A program made the translations under genes and the position numbers. Shown here piece after piece: positions 1 through 10,800 of a stretch of 64,000 nt of DNA. The notes below the pieces were generated by a model. That model was not told the DNA's origin and made no database searches. It saw only the letters and a list, made by a program, of their open reading frames with translations. Location: NCBI RefSeq assembly GCF_011745625.1, contig NW_027191487.1, positions 62,001 through 126,000 on the forward strand, read 5' to 3'. Every line of letters starts with the position of its first letter. Within the stretch, counting starts at the first letter, position 1. This DNA is from Cladosporium halotolerans. Its lineage: Eukaryota.

Positions 1-1340
1 GCTCACAGATACAGAGACCGGATTGCCGCATCTCGAATCGGCTCAAGCACGACTTCTGCAGGTCTTCTATCTCCTGATGACTTCCCGGATGAACAGGTCG
101 TGGTTCATCTTCGGCAATCTCCTACAGATTATCTCCGCTCTAGGCATGCACCGAAGAGACCGGAAGAACATCCTGTCTGCAAGCTCTTCACGGGACTACA
201 TTCATGGTCAATGCAGAAGGCGAACTTTCTGGAGTGCCTATATCCTTGACAAGTATGTTGGCGTCGTCATGGGAAGGCCTCGTCACTTCCACGACAAGGA
301 CATCGACCAAGAGTACCCTGACAGAGTGAACGATGACAACATGACTCCCAGTGGCAGGATGATGGGCGACAATGCAGACACTGATGACTGCCATCTCGAC
401 GGATTTATCTGGAACATCAAACTAGCCCGGCTTGTGGGTGAGATATCCGACGGACTCTACTCAATCGCCCCATCATCCGAGGCTTCGCGTGTTTCAGAGG
501 CTCGCGTACTAGCGGACAAGCTCAAGGAATGGCAAGACTCTCTACCACCACTGTTAAAGGCGACGCCAACGAACCTCGTCCGAGGGTTCCGTCGTCAAGG
601 CGTTGCCCTCAGATTAGCCTACAAGCATGCGGTGGTCCATCTCCACAGACCTTTCCTTCTGAGCCGATCGAATGGTGAGAAAGACTCCAGCTCAATCTCA
701 GAATTCCGCCAAGAGAGCGTGCGTCTCTGCATAAGTGCGGCTCGAGATGCGCTTCGGTCCATTGATGCCCTGGCGCAAGAGGGCCCGCTCTTTCACGCAT
801 TCTGGTGGACACACTACATCACCTTCTGTGCATTGACGGTCACATATGTCTGGAACATGCAACGGAACAGCGGCCTCGAAGGAATTGACCGCGAGTCGCT
901 GATGGCTTTAGCCGACCGCTGCCAAATACATCTCGCCAACGCCACAGCGACAAATTCTCCCAGCCGGCGATATAGTATTATCCTTGAGGAGCTAAGAGGT
1001 GATACAATCGCCCCTAGGCCAACTGATGCTCAGATGTCTACGCATGACAGCAACCCTGGCCTGAGTCAAGCTGCATACGCTTATAACACAAGCAGCGAGG
1101 TGGTAGCTGGGTCGCATTCGTTTCAAGCAGGGGCAATGAGTGGCACTGAGCTAACGGGAGCAATCTCTGACATGTTCTACGATCCGTTTATGGATTGGCA
1201 AACCTCTGATTGGCTGGATCTTGACGCTTCGGTAAGCGTGTATTTGACGATATCTTGACACTCGGCGTACTGACAATGTACAGGCCTACGGAGTAATTCC
1301 TGGATTGAGCCCTGACATGCAATTTTTCACGGAGAATTGA
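1..1340 (+). CDS. Fungal-specific transcription factor (Fungal_trans/middle homology region), 5'-truncated by the window edge; last intron 1232-1283
   Basis: Frame is open from the window edge (LTDTETGLPHLESAQARLLQVFYLL...ALGMHR...RRRTFWSAYILDKY...GRP), typical of the region downstream of Zn2Cys6 domains. Intron GTAAGC(1232)...CTGAC...CAG(1283) gives last exon AYGVIPGLSPDMQFFTEN*, TGA 1338-1340. Confidence 0.88.
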
Positions 1341-2027
1341 GATGGCGCCGGCAGTTCGACGACCAACAGAGCGACTTCTCGGACATTTGCTATCTCAGAA
1401 CCGGGAATGCACTCCTCTGAAAATGCAAGCGCGTCATGGCTTTCCGCGATCCGTTATCCTAATACGTTGTAAGATAAAGATGCTTCGACTGGTGTAGATC
1501 TTCAGAAATGATAATGTTCGTTTCCGAAAACGAGCTTGCGAAGAGGACAAAGATCATGTAAGGGAACTGCAAATGATAATCACTTTTTCCTGTAAGATGT
1601 TCGAAGGACGGTCAGTTTCGACGATGCCAGCTAAACTCGAACACCTATTAAAATAATTGTACAAAAGCACGATTTCCGATCGTTCGGAGCCAGAATCGTT
1701 CTATGATGAATTTCTTTGCTTCCGCGTCTTCGTCGAAATACCATACAGCAATTTGGTCAGGAGTGGTGCCGTCTTGATACGGATTCCTCTAGAGTGCGAC
1801 GAGGTGCCTCAGCCTCATGCATGGCGGGATGTTAAGCGAGATTCTTAGCCTTGGGTCCAGCCGCACGTCACCTTCTCCCAGAAAGTGGCCCTCTTTCGAG
1901 GTGGCGCGCAACATAAAGACTTATTTTGGTTGGACCAGCTCCAGACTGGAACTTCCATCCGTCAAAGACCGCCGCCAGCTGAGAAATCTCTCCATCGTTG
2001 ACCACTCTCTACCTGGATCTTGGCATC

Positions 2028-4782
2028 ATGAATGCAGCCCAAGTCTCCCGCATTGTGTCGGGAGCCACAAGTTCGGTCCCCATTACATGCGAGCCAGAGG
2101 CCCAACACCGCTCCAAAAGACCTAAGATATGCGAAGACGATGAGGCGGGTCGCTCGGGAAACACATACCAAGGAGCCACCGCGCAAGGCAAGTCGAACAA
2201 TGTGTTCGGCAACGTCACTACGATAACATGCATTCGCCATTAGGGTATCATGAGCGCAACACGGATTCGAACCAGATGGTGAAGGAAGCGCTCGCTTTTG
2301 ATGAGATGGATGACCGGTACGCCACTGTTCGAACAGCGCACACCGACACGTGTAGATGGTTCTTCGAAAAAGAGGCATACAAAATTTGGCGGGAGCCGTC
2401 GTGTTTCAGCTTGCACAACGGCTTCTTTTGGATCAAAGGGAAGCCGGGAGCCGGCAAATCAACACTCATGAAAGCTGCTCTGCAGTACGGGGTGACCAAC
2501 TTGGACGACATCGTTATCTCATTCTTCTTCAATGCAAGGGGCACAAAGCTACAGCAAACCACGGAAGGCATGTATCGGTCACTCATACACCAGATGCTGG
2601 ACAAAATCCCGTCTGCGGCGACGGCGATGCCCGTCCTGAAAGGCCCAAGAAGCAACCAAGAATGGCCCATAGAGCTGCTGAAGGAGGTGTTCCAGGCGTT
2701 GGTTACTAGCCTAAGTGGACATTCCGTCACTTGTTATGTGGATGCCCTGGATGAGTGTAATATCTCAGACGCAAGAGACATGATCGAATTCTTCGACTCG
2801 ATCGGGCAATTGATCTCGGAAAAAGAAGCCAACTTCCGAGTCCTTTTATCGAGCCGTCATTATCCGCACATTGATATCGCAGTATGCCAGGAAATGATTC
2901 TGGAAAGCCAAGAAGGTCACAAAACGGACATCTCTAAGTACAGACTGCGACCCATGAAGCCGAAGCAATCCGCCGAGATCCAGGCCGACATCGAAGATCG
3001 AGCCTCGGGCATCTTCTTGTGGGTGGTTTTGGTCATCAACATTTTGAAGGATGACATCGCGAGGGGACAGGTGCACCAGCTCAAAGTCCGTTTGAGAAGG
3101 GTTCCCGAGGATTTGAACAAGCTTTTCGAGCAAATACTGCGAAGAGGCTCACAAAATGACAAAATTCTTCGCTTAACGATCTTCTGGATCATGTACGCCA
3201 GTCGCCCGTTGAGTAGAGAGGAGCTATACTTTGCTGTCATGACAAGCTCAGCATGCAACGATGCCGTCGTACCTTGGAATAAAGACGAAATTGACCCCGA
3301 TGATATGCAAAAGTTCATCCTCGACTCCTCGAAGGGTTTGGCGGAGTGGACGAAAGGGAAAAAGCCCACTGTCCAGTTCATTCATGAGTCTGTGCGGGAA
3401 TATTTCAAAAATGGCGGACTGCAATCAATCGATCCCACATTTGGCCAGAACAAGGAGGCCACTATACACGAGGAGCTCAAAGTATGCTGCCAGACTTACG
3501 CGGACAGAGTCTCGGTGCTCATCGATTGTGCTGACTCTGACAACTTTCGAGAGGGCATCAATGAAGCTCACCCGTTCTTGAAGTATGCAACATACGGAAT
3601 GTTGTATCATGCAGACAATGCCCAATGTGAAGGCAAATGTCAGGGCGAATACCTTCGAGAGTTCCCCACTGATAGGTGGCAGATGATGAGCAATATGTGT
3701 GAGAAATTTGCAGCGCGTCGGTTGCACACATCGAACAAGCTGTACATTCTCGCGTTGAATAGCTTTTGCAACCTATTGGAGATTTTGCAGGATGTCCTGT
3801 CCGAGGAGACGTGGCACGACCTCCTGAACCTATCAGGCGAACAACATCGCTCCCCGCTCGGCGCCGCTGTTCATTCGGGAGACCATCAAGTCATCGAGTT
3901 CCTACTCAAGCATGGAGCCAGCCCTGATTCCAAGGGCAAAGACAACAAATCTTGCTTGTGGGTGTCAATCAGGAAAGGCGATTAGGCAATTTCAGGACAT
4001 TGGTCGACGCTGGCGCCAATGTCCGTCTCGAACCGAGATACTATGGAAGCAAGCTTGAAGCAGCTATCGCATCAGGTAATTGCACAGTCATGGAAGCGCT
4101 GTTAGCACATCCAACTTATGCAATGCCATGGCACAAGACTTTTTCTGATGCTTTGGATTCTTGGCCATGCCAGGAGAATCCCGAGGTGAAGAAAGTGCTT
4201 TTGTCCAGACTCTCTGCCATTGAGCAAATCTGGGATGCTCCTGCTCTGAAAGCTACTCCTGTTGAAGACACTCATGGCATCATGCCCTTGGCTTGCCGCC
4301 ATGGTCTATCGGGCCTTGTGAAGGCTATTCTCCAGCATCCAACCCCGTTTGAGGTTTTCTCCGGCAGGCCAGGATCTAGTCATCCACTCGTCGAAGCTCA
4401 AAAATGCAGACATTATCACCTTGTTGACCTCATGCTTCAATGGGGAGTCAAACAGTCCGCGCCCTACCTGTCGGGAAGGTCTATGCTCGAGTTGGCTTCC
4501 ATCGCGGGCAACAAGGAAATCGTCGACGCGCTTTTAGCCAAAGGGACGAATACTGAAGATAGTTTCGCATCACTTTCTGCTGCGGCTCAATATGGCCATG
4601 CCGACGTGGTACAAATGCTCTTGGAGCACGGGGACTACCCGAATCGCGTAGCAATGCCTCCTCACTATGACTTTACTATTGGCAATGACTCCAAAGATGA
4701 CGGTGAGAGGGTCCTCGACCTGCTTATCGAGCGTGGTCTCAACCTAAATACAGTCTTTTCGGGAAATGAACACGTAAGATAG
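2028..4782 (+). pseudogene. NLR-like NACHT-ankyrin protein with N-terminal HET-s-related amyloid motif; interrupted by at least two -1 frameshifts (~2216, ~3982), possibly a third (~4776)
   Basis: Walker A WIKGKPGAGKSTLMK, Walker B CYVDALDEC, ASGIFLWV, RPLSREEL, VQFIHESVREYF, then ankyrin repeats (SPLGAAVHSGDHQVIEFLLKHGASPD; SLSAAAQYGHADVVQMLLEHG). ORFs 1998-2243, 2228-3985 and 3952-4782 join if one base is added at each junction; no GT-AG intron explains the shifts. Confidence 0.8.
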
Positions 4783-5398
4783 AGAGGGCGGAAGTGCTTC
4801 TAAACCAGAGAAGCATCGACGTCAAAGCTAGGAGGCCTCGCTTCCAGATATCTTCACTTACTCTGACTCGGTGGAGTACCAGTCGAGAAAGCGCGATTGC
4901 TGAAAAGACACCGTGACAGTGGAGTGACGCCGCCCGATCCGGAATCCGGACCCATAGTCACAGGATTGGAGAGGGCCCGGGCCTGTGCATAGGCTTTCCT
5001 CTCATTCATGCTCGTGATATACAAAATCATCTCCACTGTCGGTTCAAAATTCTTCCCACGGTAGTCACCCCGGGGAGCATTTCACCTTACTCAGCAAGGT
5101 CGACGAGAACATCTGAGCGGTGACGTGCTTCCGCGGACACTTGATGTTTCAATAAGAATTGCACGGGACGAAATCGCATCAAAAGCACGATTCTTCACGT
5201 CAATGAGCAGTACCTGGCCTCGGCAACACGTTCTATGTCCATGACCACGAAGACATTCCCCACAAATCCCGCGGATGGTGAACGATTGTCACGGTCAACA
5301 TTCTCGGCACTGCCGAAGGTCGGGCAAAAAGCATTGGAGAGTCAGAGGGCAACGTTATATCGGATGGATCTGAGTTGGAGGGGGAATATATAGATAAT

Positions 5399-5445
<47 letters not shown>
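5399..5445. repeat. (GTA)n trinucleotide microsatellite, ~15 units, probably in the Rac 3' UTR region
   Basis: Perfect gtagtagta... run read directly at 5399-5445. Confidence 0.97.
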
Positions 5446-5447
<2 letters not shown>

Positions 5448-5592
5448 CAGTAGCAATAAGTGTAAGTAAGGGCGCCACATTCGCACTGCATTGCTTTGCA
5501 TTGAGAACAAAAAAGGGGATGTCGATCGGAGAGAGGGAGAGAGAGATGAATGATTTCGCTTTGTTTGAGAGAGACACGCGCGCGCAAGGGTA

Positions 5593-6367
5593 TTAAAGAA
5601 TGGCACATTTGCTCCTCTTGGGCTTGACGGGGGGCCGGGGGCTTATTACGGCTCTGGAGTTCAGTCATCGTTAGCCACGGTCCTTCTTCTTCTTTCTCTC
5701 TTTCAAATTGTACGTACTTGATCGCCTCGTCAAACACGCTCTTCAGATTCCTCTGCGTCAGGGCCGAGCACTCGAGGTACTTGACGGCCTTGATGTCCTT
5801 GGCGACCCCGACCGCCTGCTCGTACTGTATGGGCTGCATCTTGCGCTGGCGCAGCTGCTCCTTGACCTCGGGGTCGTCGCGGAGGTCGAGCTTTGTGCCG
5901 ACCAGGATGATGGGGACGCCGGGCGCGTGGTGCTCGATTTCAGGGTACCACTGTTGGCAGGAGGATTAGCAGGGTTCACTTATTCATTCCGCATTCTTTC
6001 ACATAAGCATGCCTCCTCTCCGCATGCTGTCATCTCCACCTCTTCTTCCTCAGGATGACCATACCTTGGCCTTAACGTTGTCAAAACTCGACGGCGAAAC
6101 AATACTGAAGCAGATCAAGAACACGTCCGTCTGCGGGTAGCTGAGCGGGCGCAAGCGGTCGTAATCCTCCTGACCGGCGGTATCCCAGAGACCCAAGCTG
6201 ATGGGCTTGTTGTCGACCATGACGCTGGCGGAGTAGTTGTCGAAGACGGTGGGGATGTACTCGCCGGGGAAAGCGTTGGTGGTGTAGGAGATGAGCAGGC
6301 AGGTCTTGCCGACGGCACCGTCGCCGGTGACGACGCATTTGAGCGACTGCGTGGCGGGGGCGGCCAT
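5593..6367 (-). CDS. RAC1: Rho-family small GTPase Rac; exons 6367-6065, 5950-5718, 5653-5593
   Basis: [63 protein letters not shown]; spliced C-terminus [10 protein letters not shown] (polybasic plus CaaL box). Introns GTATGG..CAG and GTACGT..CAG. Confidence 0.96.
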
Positions 6368-7866
6368 CGTTGTGGGTGGCGGTGGTGCGGCGCGGAGGGT
6401 GGGAGAGGGGTCCCTTGGCGGGACTGGGGAGGGAGGGAGGGAGGTCGGGCGGCGGTGTGCGGCGCTATGCTGCGCGATAAGGTCGCCGGGACGCGGGAGT
6501 GGACGGTGGAGAAGCCGCCTGAATTATTCGGGATGAGGTCGACGAGGTATGGCGTCGGCCGGTTCCCTTGCTCTTGCACGACAGGGCCTCAGACAGGTGA
6601 GGTCCGGCAGCGTGGGACGTGCTTCAGGGCTTCGATCTCCAAGGCAGAACGGGCGCCGAGGTCGAAGGGGAGCGTCGCTCGCCTGGTGCCGGAAAGGGTC
6701 CAGGAGGAGAACGACAGAAGGGTGACCCGGTAGGAATGGGTGACAACAGGCCTGGAGCACCGGTCGAGTCCAGTTGGCGCAGTGTCGTTGCGGGTGGGGG
6801 GAGGTGGTAGATGAGAGCGGAGGGGGTTCGGTCGGTTGAGTACCCTTGGTTCGGCGCGAGCCGTGGCTCGTGGGCGATCGGGCCGCCGACGGGAGGAAGG
6901 GAGGGAGGGAGTCGGTGCTTGCCGGCGAAGGATATCAAGACGAGAGGTGTCGGCGGTGGTATAGCAGCGGAGGAAGATGGGGAATTGCGAGTTTCACGGC
7001 AGGCGGTCTTGGTCGCTGCGAAGTGAGGTCGCATGGGTGGAAACACTCGCCACGCCACTGCAGATGCGCGCTGTGGGTGCTTTGGTGGCTGGCTAGTCCG
7101 AAAGCGGAGCCAGCTGGCCTGCTTTGACCGGCCCATTATTGCAGCCGCCAAGCAGGGCCTCAGCAAGATCCTGCGTGCATGTGAGCTCGCGAACGACGCG
7201 GCGCTTATACCGCCGGCATTATTCGTTGGTATAAGGCCAATCACCATGTGTAGCAACGACGATCTGCTATAATAGGTCTGTGATAGGCTTTAGGGGAGCT
7301 TGTCGGCAAGTCAACTTATGCATCTGGAAGCACGCGTTCCAAATCCGGCCGTGTCGGAAGACAATGCGAGATACCGCCCACACCGCGATTGTCATGCGAT
7401 TCTGAAATTGTCCATGTGCTGAGGTTGCATCTTCTCAGAGACAGTAATGCATACCGCATCGCGGATATAGCCTTGCACCGTCAAGGTGGCATCCGTCGCA
7501 TGTAACATCCTTGTGATGGTTCTCCCCGGTTGACATTCTGCAGTGAAAAGTCTCGTGAACATTCTGAGTAGTTCTGGTGTGCATCCGATACATGAACCAG
7601 CAAAGTCGTAGAATACCTATGCTCATGTTTGATACATGCAACAGCAAAAATGCATCGAATTCTAATCGACCACTAACCAAACAAAAGAGAAGAAACCCGA
7701 TCATGCCATCGTATCCAAGTAACAACACCAACCGTGAAGAAGGAAAAAAGGATACACCGCTAGAACGCGCATCAGACAAAAAGCAAAAATAAGCCATGCC
7801 CGTTGGACCTTTCAACGCCATTGAAACAAGAAGATAGTACGCTCGTCTTCCACTTCCTCTCAAACC

Positions 7867-10800
7867 TCAAACCTTCCTAGCCCCAAACAACCCCAGACTG
7901 ACCGCCGTGTCATTCTCGCCCATGACCGGTGTCGAATCCGGCACAATTTCCCAGTTCCTCAGCGGAAACGGCGTGAGCTTCACCTCAGCGGTCTGCTGGC
8001 GCGCCGCTGGCGATGGTGGGATCCTCGACGCAGCAGCTGAAGAACCCTGCTGCGGCTGCTGATGTGGCTGCGGGAGACGCTGCTGTTGCTGTCTCGCCAA
8101 GGCGCGCTGCTGCTGTGTCTGCGCTGGTTGCTGGACGCGGGAAGCGAGAGCTACAGTTGGGTAGGCTGATGTCGATGTTGCTGTGCCGTGGGAACCGAGG
8201 AGGAAGAGGACGCGGGGGTTTGTGAGTGGCGTGTGGCGAGCGAGGGCGGAGAGGGCTTCGTGGGTGAGGGAGTCGGCGTGTAGAGCGGCGACGTCGAGGA
8301 TGTGGTCGAGGAGGGGCTGGCGCATTTGCAAGCGAGGGTGGGAGAGGAGGGTGCAGAGGGCGATGAGGAGGTTGATGCGGGACTGCTTTGCCGCGTCGGT
8401 TGGTGGCGCGGTTTGGGCCGGTAGGGTGCAGAGGTGCAACAGGATGCTGAGTGTACGCGACATTGTTTGCAGCTTGTCTTGACAATCTGTCGCGGTGATG
8501 TTGACGTCACTCAGTTGCTTCTCCTGCAGCTTGAGCTTCTCTGTGAGCACTGCGAGGACGGCCGCATCGTCTTCGGACTTGACTGACGAGTACGTGACGT
8601 CCAGCACTTCGCAAAGCTGATCGTTGAGCTCGCCTCCTGCTTGGGCACGATTCTCCTGCAAAGCAGTGATCTCGGCGAGAATGCGTCCTCGCGCCCACGT
8701 ATGGATCTCCTTCAAGCTATCGGGCTTGGCCGCAGAAAGCAATTGAGGCCACACCTCAGACCTTTCCGCGACAGCTTTCAAAAGGGCGCTCTTGACAGCC
8801 TCATCTTTTCCAGCTCCCGCCGCAGCCTGGCCACTGCTGAACACTCTGAGCCATCCTATAGTAAAGGGAGCATTGAGCGCGTTCGCAGACTTGATAACTT
8901 CGCAAGCATCGATTTCCGCGACGGTAGAGGCCTGATCTTGAGACAGCAGGATCTTACAGATCCTCGCAGCAGCCTGTTGAGCAGCCTGCGAGTGCTGGTG
9001 GTCGCTGAAAGATTTCCCAAGCTTGCCCGGATGGCGAGTGATAATCCTCAGAATGAGATCGATGACCCCTTCAGCATCAAAAGCAAAGGCCGGATCATCA
9101 GCAACCTTGCGCAAAAGGCTGGCAACCTCTTCAGGCCGTTCATCACAGTAGCGCTGCTGCTGGAGTCGGAAAGCGTAAACCTCAGGCACCCCTAGACCGG
9201 ACGAGGGCGACGGCCCAGCCAGAAGCTGCAGCACGATTGCGGCTGACTTGAGCGGTGCCTGAGCTCCCAACGCAGCGACTTTGTCAAAGCTGAGGCATCG
9301 ACTCGCCGCAAGAGCCATGACACCGGAAAGAGCGGCATGGTCAGCTTGCCCCTTGTGCACAGTCGCCGCGACGTAATCCTTGGCCAGCTTCTCGAAACCC
9401 GCGCTATCGACGCTGCGAAGTTGGTTCAGCCATCTGTCGATTCCGCTCTCGGCTCCGGTGAGATCCGCGTCGGCCTTGCCCGATCGCTCAATGACTCGCA
9501 GGAAGACCCGCTGCATGGTCTGTTCGTCCATCGAATTTCCGCTGGCGAAGACGGCGTCAATTTCGGCAGTGCTGTCCAGATTGCCAGCCTGCATGCCGAC
9601 GAGGTTATCCGAGGCGGGGGAGCAGACGGCGGCGCTGTTTTGCTGCTCGTGAGCGGCCAAGTCGCTCTGGAGCAACTTTGCGATGTTGGCTTTCTCCGGG
9701 CATCGGTCGACCAGCGCCGTCAGTGCGAGCAAGAATTTGCGATCTAGATTCTGGCTCCTGAGAGCTTTATGTTGCTGTACCAGGAGATCGACCATGTGTC
9801 TAAACGATCCCAGAACAGCAAACTCAAGGGCGTGCATGTTTACTGTATCCGTAACAGAAGCGAGCAATCGTACATCCTCGGTCCGGACCGCATTCTCAAC
9901 AAGCGATGTAAGCGTAGATATATCACCGAGGCTTTCAAGGACGCTTCGTAAAGCTATGAAGGTCACGGGAGAGATGTTGGAATCTTGTCCCATATCCTTG
10001 ATCTTCGCGTGTGTCCAGCTCCGAAGCACCATTTTTGCAGATTCTGGAAGATTAAGAAGCGTCATCTGGATGTCGATAGACCGAGCATGAGTGCTCTCAA
10101 GCGCCAGCTCAATCTCCCTCTTTGCGTTCTCGATAGATTCATCATTTTCAACCTGTCCAAGGCGAGCCAGTAAGGTTGTTCTAAGATTCCGAAAGCGCTG
10201 CGGCATGTTTTCGACAGGAAGGGTAGCAAGCAATCCAGTGGCCAAGCTCGACTTGTCGGAGGTGAAGACCGCACCGCTGGCTATTATCCATTGCAGATAG
10301 GCACCAGTCGCGAAACAATCGTGTCGAGCGAGCTCACCAACCACAGCCCATACCTGTCGAGCCTCTGAAGGCAAAGCTGAGTTCGGAAATCGTAGGTACG
10401 CGAGAACAGCTTCGTCCGTATCGTAGCCAAGTTCGTGCAGGGTCGCAACGATCTTGGCAGCGATGTACACTCGTGCATGTCCGCGCCGGTAGAGCGTGCT
10501 GGACCAGTGCATGACGGCTCTGACAAGCTCGTTGTGGTTCGGAATGACTTCGAGGCATTTCGATGACAGCTTATGCATGTCTACTCCCAGACCCACACTG
10601 TCGAGCATCGTGTAAAGACCAAGTAGCGGACTGCGTGTTGAATCCGTAGTCCGTCCTATCGGACCTGCGAGAATCTCGTTTCGCCTGATGATATCCACCA
10701 CAGCGGGACGCACTCCAGTATTCTGAGTTGTCTCTTCTTGAACGAGCAGTCGTTTGTATTTCGCCCATGTGCTTGGCAGCACTAAGCAGCCTTTTGCGGT

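Noticed and set aside
5233..5606. ORFs with poly-Thr, poly-Tyr, poly-Leu or poly-Val
   Set aside because: These are translations of the (GTA)n microsatellite downstream of the Rac stop, not proteins.
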